Source: Spongospora subterranea f. sp. subterranea (Eukaryota). From it: a DNA stretch of 64,000 nt. The stretch covers positions 1-64,000 of the forward strand of contig JAUGWO010000097.1 in NCBI GenBank assembly GCA_049724395.1, read 5' to 3'. Shown here in pieces: positions 1 through 13,368 of the stretch (its first letter is position 1; every line of letters starts with the position of its first letter). The notes below the pieces were generated by a model, which saw nothing but the letters and a program-made list of their open reading frames with translations, had not been told where the DNA came from and did not search any database. The position numbers and the translations under genes are program-made.

Positions 1-1003
1 TGAGGCGACAATGACAGTGTTGGGACCATCGCGATGGCGTTCGTTGGGCCGAATGGGAAATCATTTCCCATGATATTTATTCCCGCAACATTTGTCGGGC
101 AGCGAAATCGATTTCGCTCAGAAGTCCTCTATCATTATCAACCGCTGGCGCGACGCCACGAGTCCTCCTGCAGTCCAGCGGTTTGCCCAGTATTTTGAAG
201 CCGCAATGGCTACATGGTAGGTTCTCGCTATGGGCTGTGCATTATACGAACCAGGACGATCGTCCACCAACAATCCCAACGAAGGTTTCAATGCCCTAAT
301 CAAGGAGGTATTATATTTGTCTTTCAACAGGCTGCAACTGACTGTTATATTGCAGGCATTGGGCAGACGTCGATTGCACATCCCCCAACTTGTGGAAGAA
401 TTTAGGCAGTTATGCCGAAGTGAATCCGAAAATAATTGAACGTTCCATCTATCTCCAGCGGCATTCGAAAAATGTATCGATTTTGCGGTTCAACAAACTA
501 AGATCCGGGCGGCAACTTCATTCTCAATTGACTGCAAACGCTTGGGAGGTGCTGGTATCTCAGTTCGAGCATCCATTGGTGGATGAGGAGGATGGACTCG
601 ACAATGCGGATTTTTCTGCGATCAAAAAAATCACCGATAACAGAAATTTTTTACGAATGGAGCGCCTGGGCATGCCACCTGATGGGTGGTTAGTCTCAGT
701 TGAACCACGCAATTGTAATTGCCAATATTTTTTCAAGTTCGGCATTTGTGTGCATTTTATGCATGCAATGTCTTTGTTACTGGCCGGCATGTGGAAGGAG
801 TTCCCCCACCGGTCGAACGGTTGGTAAACCGGTCGATACCAGTAAACCGGCGTCGCCGCGGTCGCATTCACCGGAATGTTAATGGCCTTGGTCGAGGCCG
901 TGGTGTTGCCGTCCCAGGTCCGGAACCAAATCGCCGAAACCGTGATCCAGTCGCTGGACCTGGCCGTCCCAGGCTCGCAGGACTGGCGCTGCAGTTGGAG
1001 TGA
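1..1003 (+). pseudogene. Mutator (MULE) transposase C-terminal part with SWIM zinc finger, frameshifted, 5' end outside window
   Basis: STNNPNEGFNALIK (MULE TNNxxE motif, ORF 230-439) followed in another frame by CNCQYFFKFGICVH (SWIM CxC-x8-CxH, ORF 390-827). Confidence 0.8.
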
Positions 1004-1179
1004 TTAACCTAATAAACCGTTGCCATGTTGCAATCCAAACATTTAACTGCGAAAATGACTTTCGAATGTCCATTATCATCCAGGTAGCAGCAATGGAATT
1101 GGATACCGGCACCTCCAAATCGTTTTCGACCAATCGGAAATGAAATAACCCCCAGGCAGTACAACCACATCGAAGCAGT

Positions 1180-1527
1180 CCTGTGTGTTGGACGTACAGT
1201 CTAGTGTGTTTGATATAGTCGGCGTTATTGTTACTTCGTGTGTTGGCGATCCAAAACAAGTGTGTTAAAATACCATTCTTAGTGTGTTGAATACCTAAAT
1301 CAGTGTGTTATGATTCCTCTCACGCACTGTTTACATTGGTGTGTTGAGAACCCAAAACAAGTGTGCTACAGTACCATTCTTAGTGTGTTGCATACCTTAA
1401 AACAGTGTGCTATTATACCATCCCACGCACGTTTTACATTGGTGTGTTGAGAACCCAAAACAAGTGTGTTTTAGTACCATTCTTAGTGTGTTACCTACCG
1501 AAGTTGGTGTGCTCAGGTCCCTCCCTC
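1180..1527. repeat. Subterminal ~100-bp direct repeats, probable MULE terminal region
   Basis: Three related copies of ccaaaacaagtgtg...taccattcttagtgtgtt downstream of the transposase, ending in tccctccctc. Confidence 0.55.
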
Positions 1528-2420
1528 AAAATAAGGTACACTAATGACTGTGACACAGTCAAATCATTGCAAAACTATATCGCACAGTGCGCTCCAAAGA
1601 TTTTCAGTATACTGTGGTATCGGATCTATCGGAAACTGGTTACTGTAACTATCATATGCCGAGACAAAGCGTCAACATCAAATGCCCTGTGAGTTCTTCG
1701 GAACTCCATTTCAAACTACTCTATTTTATTTCATGTGCAAATAGAGGATCAACATGTGTATTAAACTTGCTCGAGCATGTATTATGTAAACGATATTCTT
1801 TCAACGCACGCAAAATAGATGAATGAAACACTTAAATAACATAATGTATTTATAATTTTGTTCATCCTTCGTTTAAAAATAAAGTGACTTGTGTACTTTG
1901 ATATTTTCAATGCCCTCGCAGTGCGTTCGATTTTGACGCTTTGGAAAAAGACGTCTCGGGACGGAACAATTACTGATTACAAGTATTGACAAACGATTAT
2001 GACGCCAAAAGCTATTGGTATACTCCTACCTCGCATTAACAGAGACATTATCGTCTGGATAAACATCACCGGACGCACGAGTTTGCGATTAACAACCACT
2101 AATTACAAGTATTAATGAACGATTATGACACCAAAGCTAATAGAATACATCGTATTAACAGAGGCGCTGTCTAATATATCCGACAACCGGGGAGACACAG
2201 CGATTACTGATGAATCGCTATAGAGGAGTCAAAGTGATGAACAGTATGCGATTAGAGTCAAAACCCATTCCCATAGAGTCATCTGAGCGACGGCAGCATA
2301 AGTGCTAGGCGATAGTTGACTAAACAAACACAAACAGAGATAATTGAACCATTAGTGACAGCATTATAGGGGATAGGCAGCACAACGAATAACAGTTAAC
2401 CACCCATAACGATAGCGAGT

Positions 2421-2790
2421 ACATATCGACCAGGGACAGGCACTGCACTGTAAAGTACAGTAATTCGCTGTAATTCACCCCATTCGATATAGAGACATAT
2501 CGACCAGGGACAGGCAGTGCCCTGTAAAGTACAGTAATTCGCTGTAATTCACCCCATTCGATATAGAGACATATCGACCAGGGACAGGCAGTGCCCTGTA
2601 AAGTACAGTAATTCGCTGTAATTCACCCCATTCGATATAGAGACATATCGACCAGGGACAGGCAGTGCCCTGTAAAGTACAGTAATTCGCTGTAATTCAC
2701 CCCATTCGATATAGAGACATATCGGCAGTGCCCTGTAAAGTACAGTAGTTCGCTGTAATTCACCCCATTCGATATAGAGACACATCGACT
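2421..2790. repeat. Tandem repeat, 74-bp unit, ~5 copies
   Basis: acatatcgaccagggacaggcagtgccctgtaaagtacagtaattcgctgtaattcaccccattcgatatagag; units start at 2421, 2495 and onward. Confidence 0.95.
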
Positions 2791-2983
2791 CAAGTCTTTC
2801 ACCCGTCACTGAACAGTTCTGGCGATAACACAGGGCTGATCTCCATAGTTGAGAATGCCACTGCAGAACCTCCCATCAAACTGGAATAGGCCAGGACGGT
2901 AATTCAACGCCAGAAGTGGGAGTTCGGTTCCCAAGCTCTCTCGTCTCAATCGAATTTGACAAGACCAGGCCCACATAGAAGCA

Positions 2984-4015
2984 ATGGCTACACAACCCGA
3001 TCCAGGTAGGATACCCCAGGAGATCAACGAGCTTAACACTGAGCCGCACCTCAGACCTGAAACTGATCCTGCTCGGTGACTCGGCTGTCGGCAAGACTAA
3101 GTCAGTATTGCCAAATACAGATGGCTGTCCCTATTCACTTATTCAGATTCCATATATTTGTGTGACCAGATTGGTGGAGCGGTTTTTAATGGACAATTAG
3201 TGAGTGGAATGTTGATGGTTGGCGTCCTGATCTTAATCTTGTATCCATTCAGCCAGCCCCAGCAACTCTCGACCTACGCCCTTACCGTATTTCGCCATAC
3301 AGCTCATCACGAAGGGAAACCGGTCTCAGTCGGTAATTGTGTTATATGACAATAGTGTGGCCGCTGGCCCTGACGAGTTATGATAGAGTTCTGGGATACT
3401 GCCGGGCAAGAACGGTTTACCAGTATGCATCCCTCATATTATTATGGTGCTCATCTCTGTATACTTGTCAGTATATTCCATACTGCTCCATATCTCCATT
3501 TACCATTGCTACCAGGCATTCGACGTCACTCGAAAGGTGACTTATCAAAATCTCAACGCCTGGTACAAAGAGCTACGACAATATCGCCCTAATATACCTG
3601 TTATTGTTGTGGCGAATAAGATTGACGGTAAAATAGTGATTTCTCTTCTAATTACCAGGATTGAAGATAGTCGTGAATTGTTCAGCGGATTATAAGGTGA
3701 CCGATAAGAAGTTCGCCTTTGCAGTTAAGCGGAAGGTAAAGACCTGCCATAATACTGGGTCCCGTCACTAAACCATCTTATCTGCCAATACAGCTCCCTT
3801 TTTACTTCTGCTCGGCATCCGATGGCACCAATGTTGTCGCGCTATTCAATGAGGCTATCCGGTTGGCCATCGAATCAAAGAACAAGCCTAGTGGGGACTT
3901 CGTCGACGATGTGTTAGAAACGATGGCGTATTTTGAGGGAAAGAGTAAAGATACAATGAAGAGTGGAGCATCAACAGATACAGGTATAGATAAATTATCG
4001 GAATCGCTTGTTTAA
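2984..4015 (+). CDS. RABL2: Rab-like GTPase RABL2 (ciliary), 8 exons
   Basis: Spliced reading MATQPDP|DLKLILLGDSAVGKTK|LVERFLMDN..QLSTYALTVFRH..FWDTAGQERFTSMHPSYY..VANKID..SASDGTNVV; GT-AG introns, e.g. 3006-3053. Confidence 0.93.
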
Positions 4016-4495
4016 CTGCTCGTATCAATTCATCTACCTCTATCTCAATAACAACATCCTCTCTACTCCCTATATCGATAAACCATGTTCAATCTGATCG
4101 TGATTGATACACTCGTCCACTGTCGTCGTTCAATACTATCTCTCGGTGCATTGTCATTAACGCCATCAACACCCGAAACTCCATGAAGCAATGTGGCCGG
4201 TTTATTGAGTTGACCGGGAGCGGGCATGGCAAGAGCCAGTTTGCTTTTGGCCAAGAGGATATGGAGATCTGTTTCAGCCTATCCTAACGTGTCGTTGCCA
4301 AAAAATACTCGGCGATGCTTGTACAAGTTGTTGTTGACGACGAGCTGTTGCCAGGCACGATTCAAGGTATATTGCAACTGTTAACAAAAATTGATTCCGT
4401 TTGGAAGTACCCTTGGATTACGGTGGTAGAATGTGCTCTTTCATTAGTATCACTGTAATATTAGAATTAGATTAAATACAGCAAACATGCTTATC

Positions 4496-6600
4496 TTATT
4501 CAGTCTCTTCGCTCTGTCCTATGTTGATTGTTTTTGGCGGTTTAATCGGGCGGTCCACGCGTTCTTTCTTATCCATATCTGGCGCATGGCTTGGATTAAA
4601 GTATAGATCTACCTGATTTACGATGATCAGCTCTGCCAGTTTTTTGACACATTCAGCAACGATGGCGTTATCTCTTCTTGGCTTTGTCGGTAGTGATTTT
4701 AGCTCGTTTATCCATGACAGGGAATCTGTCATAATGTGTATAATTGTGCCTCAATAGTCTTGATTAACCAGTCCTTCCAGCGCCATAATCTCAATTCATA
4801 CGAGAGACCACTTTCGATCCTAATTTGACTGTTGTTTCCGGACCTTCTATCTCGTCTTCGCGGTTTTTGAGCATTTTGCAATTGTCAAAAAGAAGTGCGG
4901 GAGCACCACCTTATTCTCGTTTGAAACTTCCATCTGTCCATAGCTCGAATATCTGGTTCTTTGGTAATAGTTTCCCTTTTATGTGTTTCTTGATTGCCTT
5001 TTTCCTATTTGATGTTTGGAATCTAACTTATATAGTCCCTCAAAGATGTCTGGCGATATCTCTGTTCTCGCATGAATGTTCTCATAATCTTCTGGTACTC
5101 TCTCTCTGAGTGCTTTCCATACCTCTCCAAGTGGGGTCCATCCATCTCCTTCTCCAGTCCATTCCGTGTATTCTCTGCCCAGCAATGCCCCATTGGCCTG
5201 AACAGCGAGTACTGTCATTGTTGTTTCAGTGATGACTTTATCTCTCAATAGTGGGAATCCTGATATTGCATGTAATATAGGGATTGGTGTTGATTTGAAA
5301 CATCCAGTCCTTATATGCTGTCTCAATGGGTGTCAATGTCTTATTCATGTTCTTGTTGACTTCTCCTGCCAACCAGGGTAGGTAATAGTTCAGTTCTCTC
5401 CTATAAATCCTCGACATATCTGTTGATATGTTCTCTATGGTATTCGGTATTTTGTCATTTCTCGTACTGTACCAGTTCACATCTTCTCTTAATAACGTTG
5501 GCCAGTTCTGTCAGCTGTACTGCAAGTTAAGTGGTTATTTTCGTTGTTTGCTTGTCCATTGATCGACAATGTGTCATCTGGTGAGTACTCATTGAACAAT
5601 GTTTGTTTTGGGCCATTGGGTTTTGATCCTGTTGTCTTTGCACCATTTTGTAGGTTAACGCTATCACTTCTCAGTTTTGTGAGTACTTCCTGTTTTGTGG
5701 CTCCAATAGCCCATTTGTGTTGTGTCATTTACATACTCATTACTGTTATTAGTCTCTATATATAGGGGCGTCATATATATATTATCCACAGCAACACACT
5801 TGTGCTGGATAGTCCTGTGGAATACCATTTTTCTGTATATGCGGTTTTGAATTGGTGTTTCTATAATTCACCTCAAATATTCTCCCTGTTAGCCATTCAT
5901 TAATTAGTAATATCAGATATGGATCTATCGTCATTCTCCTCATTTTCTGTATTAACAATGTTCGCTGTACTCTATCGAATGTCTTCATGAACTCGTATAC
6001 AATCAGCCGCCGCTAATCCTGCATTATGTAGCAGTCTTAACAGTGCATGAGTGCTGTTGGCTGGTCGACATCCAGATTGGTTATCTGGTATTTGCTCACT
6101 CGCTTGTTGTCGTATGTTCTTTTATCATTCCTTCCACAATTTTTGCAATGTTAGGCAATAGTGATATTGATCGATATTCTCCTGGTTTCGTTTTGGGCAG
6201 TGTGGCCTTATTTTGCCTATCTTCACTTCCTGGGAAAGTATCCCATATCTATGATATCGAAATTTATTGCTCTGAGGAAATCTTGCTTGATTATGTGGTT
6301 GGTGCTCATGTGTTTGATTAGGCTGTTGGGAATTCCGTCGATTGTTCATAATTCCGTCAAGGTTTGTGTGGTTCAATGTATGATTTATGCCAAACCTCTT
6401 TTCCCTAGTATTCAGGTCTCCTGTGATGAGTATTGACTCTCTGAGAAGATTTCAATTTGCTGCCAAAATGCTCTTCTAGTTTGTCAATATCCGGTGGGAT
6501 ATATGAATGGATAAGATCTCGAGGTACAATTTAAGCAATTTGTGTCGTAATAGCAAACTGTCCAAAACATTGAATTGCCGGTGGATATAGTTGTTTCTCT
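4496..6600 (-). mobile_element. Degenerate non-LTR (LINE) retrotransposon, reverse transcriptase fragments
   Basis: MKTFDRVQRTLLIQKMRRMTIDPYLILLINEWLTGRIFEVNYRNTNS..NGIPQ matches the LINE RT KAFD..GVPQG region; many stops and frameshifts; boundaries approximate. Confidence 0.75.
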
Positions 6601-6699
6601 ATTCTGACGTGTTCTTCCAAAAATTTCCTCAATGTGCGACTCGATCATCACACTCTTAGTAATTTCACGCCGGTGTTGTCGGTGTGCCAGTTCGGTTGC

Positions 6700-6836
6700 C
6701 TTCTCCTCCCTTTGAAGGCGTCCAGCATAATAAAAAGTTTGGCATTACGAAGGTATGATAAGTTGAGATCTATATGAAGCATGGGCCAAACAAGACGACG
6801 TTTGTGAATCAAGTGGGAATACTCAATCCTTGGCAC
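6700..6836 (-). mobile_element. Ty3/gypsy reverse transcriptase fragment
   Basis: VWPMLHIDLNLSYLRNAKLFIMLDAFKG resembles gypsy RT P.id..l..l.gak.F..LD..kG. Confidence 0.6.
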
Positions 6837-6869
6837 AAGGATTGCGTCAGGACCTCATCTACTGTGTGA

Positions 6870-8417
6870 GTTAAGCAGGATTGTTCGACTCCAGGAAATG
6901 GCTAATGAAACAGATTGAATTAAAACGGATCCCAGCGCTGGGTGGAATGTGCTATAATGATCTTTTTGCGTTTGCGTCTGCATCATGAGTGTCCTGATGA
7001 TCGTTGATGAGGAGATGTTTGTAGTGGGTGTTGGGAGCCCCATTAATCTGGGTGACGATCCGGAGGCGAGCTTCATCAACAATGATCAAAATATGGAAGG
7101 GAAGTGATGGTCACCGAGACCGAGGTCGGGCGGTGACATCATGGAAATCATAGCCACGCCGAGGTTGGCTGGAATGCAGAGGAACCATCTGGTAAAGTTC
7201 CTTCAGGATCTCGAAAGATACGAATTGCATCTTGCTGATGCTGGAAGGTCCGACACAACAAGAGACGTCGTCACGATGATCGAGCCGGAGCACCTGGCCG
7301 TTATCGCTATACACGAACTGGATAGGAATCAAGGGGTTGTGACTGGGACCGAGGTACGAAACTGGATCAAGCAGGAGCTTGTTCGAGGATTGCCGACGGC
7401 GGAAGGAACCGTCCAGAAGGACATACTATCCATAAAAAAGTCCAGGATAATGCTTGGGAAGTTGTCGTGTTAGATTTACTGGCCAGACAGGAGAAGATGA
7501 TAACGGACAAGGGGTACTGTAACCTCTTTCATCCCCTGAAGGGGTCAAGAATCACGTTCGGTGGATCGCCGCGGTTCTGCAACCGCAGAAGACAATGGTT
7601 CGGAACACCAGCCTCCAGCGATATTGGCGTGACTTTGTGAAGACGTTGGTCAGCAAGGCGGAGACCGTTGCTGAAGGAAAGGCTTTCGCAGCTAGTGAGC
7701 TGGATGACAGGAGTCTAAAAGCGCCGATTCGGAAGGCAGGTGCCGACCGAAAGCGGAAAACACGAGGGCCAAATGGAAAAACCGAATCAAGAAAAGGCCT
7801 ACAACCCCGACATCATTTGTCTCAAGTGCGGCAAGAAAGGACATCCGATGTCAAAGTGTCCTGACAAGCCGACAGGAAGGAAATGGCTGAGCTGATGGAC
7901 CACCATCATTTTGACAACTAAAAATTTTCACAAGGATCCAAGTATCTATTGGTGTGCAGAATCGGCAAGGTTGTCGTAACCAGGAACTTTGGATGGCTGT
8001 GGGAATCTGGACAAGTCTTCACCACATAGGAATGTGGGTGAAGCAAGGAGCAGTGGCATTGAAGTGAAGATTGCTGCATCTGGGATACTGTTTCCAGAGA
8101 CAAATGATGTCGGGGTTGTAAGCCTTTTCTTGATTCGGTTTTCCATTTGGCCTTCGTGTTTTTGCTTTCGGTCGGCACCTGCCTTCCGAATCGGCGCTTT
8201 CAGACTCCTGTCATCCAGCTCACTAGCCGCGAAAGCCTTTCCTTCAGCAACAGTCTCCGCCTTGCTGCCCAACGTCTTCACAAAGTCACGCCAACATCGC
8301 TGCAGGCTGGTGTTCCGAACCATTGTCTTCTCAACTCGCCTAGCTCAGGCGGTGGCATAACCGCGACGGTCCACCGAACGTGATTCTTGACCCCTTCAGG
8401 TGATGAAAAGAGGTTAC
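6870..8417. mobile_element. Degenerate LTR-retrotransposon gag-like region plus an inverted partial copy
   Basis: + strand CLKCGKKGHPMSKC zinc knuckle (~7818-7860); 7519-7823 is repeated in inverted orientation at 8097-8417. Confidence 0.7.
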
Positions 8418-9164
8418 CGGTATGGTATGGTATACGAAAGGATCGCGGGTTCTTATGGGTTGAGTAATCATGTGGACTACCAGGCTTTCCCTTCTTCCGC
8501 CTGGCCGCTACAAGTAAATTGGGTATCCACTGAAGGAACCTATTAGACCAGTTGTATTCACCCTTATAACCTGTCCAAACGACCACACCACGAATGGGAC
8601 CTGCCCCCACCTGATTACATTTCCTCTCCAGAGTTTCCGAGTTTACTGCCAGGCAGGTCACTCTCCCACATTCATTAGAGGCCATGTGGTCAGACCTTCG
8701 TGCTCAACATTCACCCTACTTTTCCGTATTGGATACAACCTTGCGGGGTCTCCCAAAATTTCATCACTCACGGGGTTTTGAACTCATGATCTAACATTCA
8801 CCCGGACTTGCCTGTCTTCCATTTTCGAATCTCGGAATCGCTGTAGTCGGGGTGCAGTCGTCGACCTTTGTTGGAAACAAATGTTGCTGCAGACGCTGGA
8901 TATTGATCCAAACGGCCTGCGGGCAATTGCAACGATAAGTTCTCATCAATCGACAATCACTATTATAATAATATGTGCGTCCGATGTCGGACGAAAGTAG
9001 TGTCCGACATTGGACACCTTACGTTGCGTAACGTTGAGTATGCGTTTCACATTCACTCGATGTCGACATCGAACCCTCTACAGCATCGAGTAATGATATT
9101 TTATGTCGTATTCTAGTCAGATACCCTGACGAGTTTTCGGCTGGACTGATGGCCACCAGTGACA

Positions 9165-10470
9165 AAATTACTGAATTAACCAAGCCAGCACCCGTGGAAA
9201 CCAAGGTCGTGCTCCAGAAGGGACCACATGGGACCACTGGGACTCCAATGGGGATACGTGATGTCTGTACCCAAAAAAGGTCGTGCTCCTGACGGGACCA
9301 CATGGGACCACTGGGACTCCAAACGGCATACGTGATGTCTGGTTCCCAAACAGGACGGCAAACAGCTGCAACTCTATGCAGACATTATGCCAAAACCTAG
9401 TGCAAAACTTCTTTCTGCAGTCTTGATCAGCATTCGAAATCACATGGAGGGACACGAACAAGTTTAGTTTGGCCTCACGACGCAAACAGTTCATCGGTGA
9501 GTTGTCGATTCTCCTGCTCCAAACGGTAGAATTCTTTAGCAGTTCCCAGCGCTGCTTCATCGACGAGAGCTCATCGCGTAGGGTTCCGCTCTACGTTTGC
9601 AGCGTATTTACTAATGCCTCTAACTCGGCAATGCGTCGGCATTGTTGTTTACGATGCGATTCCTTAAGGAGGCCATGAATTTCCTGATAAACGCCTCTCA
9701 CCCCGTTATTGACGGCCTCAAGTTCTTGGCCAAAGTTCCTATCCGTTTTCGAGTGCCATTCAGAATTGCCAGTCAGTGACGTAAATACTAAATTAACGTC
9801 TATTCAGGATCCTGCAGGGCCAGCTCGTGGAAGACTCTCGCTATGACTCGACTGCGCGTTACTAACGTTGTGGCTTTACGGTGCTGCTTTGATTATCAAC
9901 AGTTTCAACTGCATAGTGCACGAATCCACAATACAGCTGCCAGTTTAGTCAAGCAGTATGCCCGAACTTTGTACAAAGTTTCAGACCGATCCAATCAGCT
10001 CTCTGAAGCTTCCAACGTGGCAACAATCACTTCCGTATTCTACTTCCGTATTCTATTCATACTCCCCATCAAGTTTGGGCTGGCCACAAATTACTTTTGC
10101 ACTCATGATCAGCAAACGATGTCACATCAGATTCGCCAACCAGTGGCGAAAATACTGAATTAACCCAGCCAGCACACATGGTAAACAAGGTCGCGCTCCT
10201 GACGGGACCACATGGGACCACTGGGACTCCAAAGGGGATACGGGATGTCTGTACCCAAAAAGGATCGTGCTCCTGACGGGACCACATGGGACCCCTGGGA
10301 CTCCAAAGGCCGGGACTCGCACGCCGTGGCCTTGTGCTCATCCCCAAGGCTACGTATCTGCCCTATTCAGGCACTGCGAAGGACTCGCACGCCGTGGCCT
10401 TGTGCTCATCCCCAAGGCTACGTATCTGCCCTATTCAGGACACTGCGAAGGACTCGCACGCCGTGGCCTT
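9165..10470. repeat. Two ~160-bp direct repeats rich in GGGACC motifs, followed by a ~68-bp tandem repeat
   Basis: 9165-9325 resembles 10150-10308 (aaggtcgtgctcctgacgggaccacatgggaccactgggactccaaa); ggactcgcacgccgtggcctt... occurs ~2.3 times at 10313-10470. Confidence 0.9.
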
Positions 10471-12077
10471 TCGGAATTCCCAATCACACATAGGGGACAT
10501 GGACGATTTGCTACTGTACTCGGCTGCGAAATGGCAACGAGATCGTGGTCTCCGAGTCCCAACGCTGGACGTGCCGCCATGGCTCTTGGCGGCCGTCCGA
10601 CCGATTACGGACAGGTCGACGCAGGAGGGCAACTCCCGTCGACGCGACGAGGACTTGCTGGTGGCATCCCAGGTGATGACGCGGGATATTGCCCGATGCA
10701 TGCACCCGTTTTTGAACAAGAGGATCCTTGCATGCGGGCAACGGTGAGACATTGCCGATGCGTTCAGCCGTTTTTTCCACCAACCAGTCGTCGTTTCGGG
10801 ACCTAGGTGGGATGCCAAAAAGACCCTCAACCGTATTCTGTCAACCCATATGCAATGGCTGTCGACCGCCAACTTACTGACCCTGATACAACATGCCCGC
10901 GATCAGGTTTGTAACCCCGGTATGTACCAATTGCCTTGGGAGGTGGGTGCAAATGATTGATTGCTTTCAGGGTACGTGGAGAAGTGGCTCGGCGCGGTAT
11001 TCGGTTGTGATTCCGTATCTCAAGCAATACCGCAACGATCGAGGTCTAAGAAGCCAGGATATGGTCGCGTTCGATGTCATGGAAAGATTGCTGACAGTAG
11101 CCCGTAAGCAACTGCGAGGGCTCAATGCGGACAGGGTATGATTGTTTTGAGTTTGCAAATCTCTCGTTTCAACTGCGCTACCAGCGCAACGACCTGTGGA
11201 AGCCGAGCGGGATCAGCCGGACCAGCAGGTCTGCGTGAGGCGTGGCAGCAACCTGCTGTGCGTTCCAGATGCCGATACGGTTCGGAGCATCATCTTGGAG
11301 GCCATTGGACCTTTAACAAGTCAGGTTCAAGCATTCCGAACAGGGGTAAAAAGTGTTTGTCACGTCCAATGAATTGTCACTTAGCATGTGCGTTGCAGGC
11401 CTCGCGCGATAAACAAACTTTGCTCTGTATAGCAGAGTTTATATTATTTTTTGTTCAGGTATGACCACGCAATGTTTTGTTTCAAGAGTTCAGCGATGAT
11501 GTAGGTGGGCAACCGGTCCGTGCGACCGGGCGAATTCGAGAAGCGCCATGTTCCTCGCAGAGGGTGAGGCTTGTTTACGGTCGCCCAACCGCCAATGGGT
11601 AGCTACACGTTCAAACGGACGGCGGCAAATCGTAACTCGAATGCCTTTCCAACCAATAATCGTTAATGATAATACAGGGCGCAATCAATCCTCATCACAC
11701 TTCATGTCGAAGCAGGGCGCTGTATACCTCAGAGTATTGGTGGACATCATACGTTTCCATCGCGGCGTTGATGTCCCAGCGGTTGCGGAATCACCATTGT
11801 GTTTCGCAATCCCTGTTGGTATGTTTTCGTACATAATCATTGCGTAAACACAACGGCTCAACGCTCAATTCAGGAGTAGGCAAGATCACGCAGATACAGC
11901 TTTCTGTCTTCAACGCCAGATTTTTAAATCGTGTACGGCCCGGGATCCGCTATTCGCCTACTTCGTCGAGGAAATTACAATCGCGACTGATGCTGAGTTT
12001 CGTGCCTTCTCAGCATCATGAGATCGTCGCGAAGACGGTCAACCATCTGCTGCCGACTATGCTGCAGAACTACGCAG

Positions 12078-13089
12078 TCATCGACAGCAGCAGTGAAAAC
12101 CACAAGACGGTCGAACAGGGCTCGGATCTGTTTGCTGAATTTATGCTGCCCGGGCTCGTCGATTTGCGGACCTGCGATATGCACCGGATTGAATTCACTA
12201 CCGCTCTCTCCACTTAAGTTATCCTACAACCTGCACTTTCCTCCCCCGTGGTGCACTGCCAGCAACACCACACAACTTCAAAATCAATCCAAAACCATCT
12301 TCATCACCAATTCCCCGTATTCACTACCGCTCTCTCCACTTAAGTTATCCTACAACCTGCACTTTCCTCGTGGTGCACTGCCAGCAACACCACACAACTC
12401 CAAAGTCAATCCAAAACCATCTTCATCACCAATTCCCCGTCTTCCTACCTTCATCCCTCTGCTTGTTCCATACTACTCCCCTACTCCTGTCTTCTTACCT
12501 GTATTGTCATGATCCAAAAGTCTTAGGTATATAAGGACCCGAGAATGATGGCCTTGTGCCATCATAGTACCTTTTGGGTCAGTTGGTAACTGTGTATCTC
12601 GGGCGCAGTTCCTAACAGTATGATGGCACAAGGCCATCATTCTCGGGTCCTTATATACCTAAGACTTTTAGATCATGACAATACAGGTAAGAAGACAGGA
12701 GTAGGGGCGGAGTAGTATGGAACAAGCAGAGGGATGGAGGTAGGAAGACGGGGAATTGGTGATGAAGATGGTTTTGATTGACTTTGGAGTTGTGTGGTGT
12801 TGCTGGCAGTGCACCACGGGGGAGGAAAGTGCAGGTTGTAGGATAACTTAAGTGGAGAGAGCGGTAGTGAATTCAATCCGGTGCATATCGCAGTCCCGCA
12901 AATCGACGAGCCCGGGCAGCATAAATTCAGCAAACAGATCCGAGCCCTGTTCGACCGTCTTGTGGTTTTCACTGCTGCTGTCGATGACGGCGTGAGATAC
13001 ACAGTTACCAACTGACCCAAAAGGTACTATGATGGCACAAGGCCATCATTCTCGGGTCCTTATATACCTAAGACTTTTGGATCATGACA
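12078..13089. repeat. Foldback inverted duplication containing three copies of a short LTR-like segment
   Basis: 12078-12560 is mirrored at 12620-12990; tgtcatgatcc..tatataagg..cctaaca at 12505-12617, partial inverted copies at ~12618-12680 and ~12994-13089. Confidence 0.85.
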
Positions 13090-13368
13090 TGTATCCCACT
13101 CTCCAATACTCCTCTCCCCTAGGGCACCAGATTGTAGGGCGGACCATTTAAATCGACTCTCGGACTTTTCTAAAACAGTGTCCGTAGATCGGTAATTGAC
13201 AGCTTATTTTAACCTAGGGTCATTATGGGCACATTAAGGTTTTTCCTTTATAGTCGAAATTTTCTTGCTGAAGTGTGTGTCACGACCTTGACGCAACTCC
13301 ATTATTAGAGTCTCGGGCTTGTTCAAGGGATTCTTCCCTTTAAATAGAAAAAAGTCGCCTGATCTGCA

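Noticed and set aside
1968..2165. Diverged ~125-bp tandem duplication
   Set aside because: Only two degenerate copies, with no sign of function
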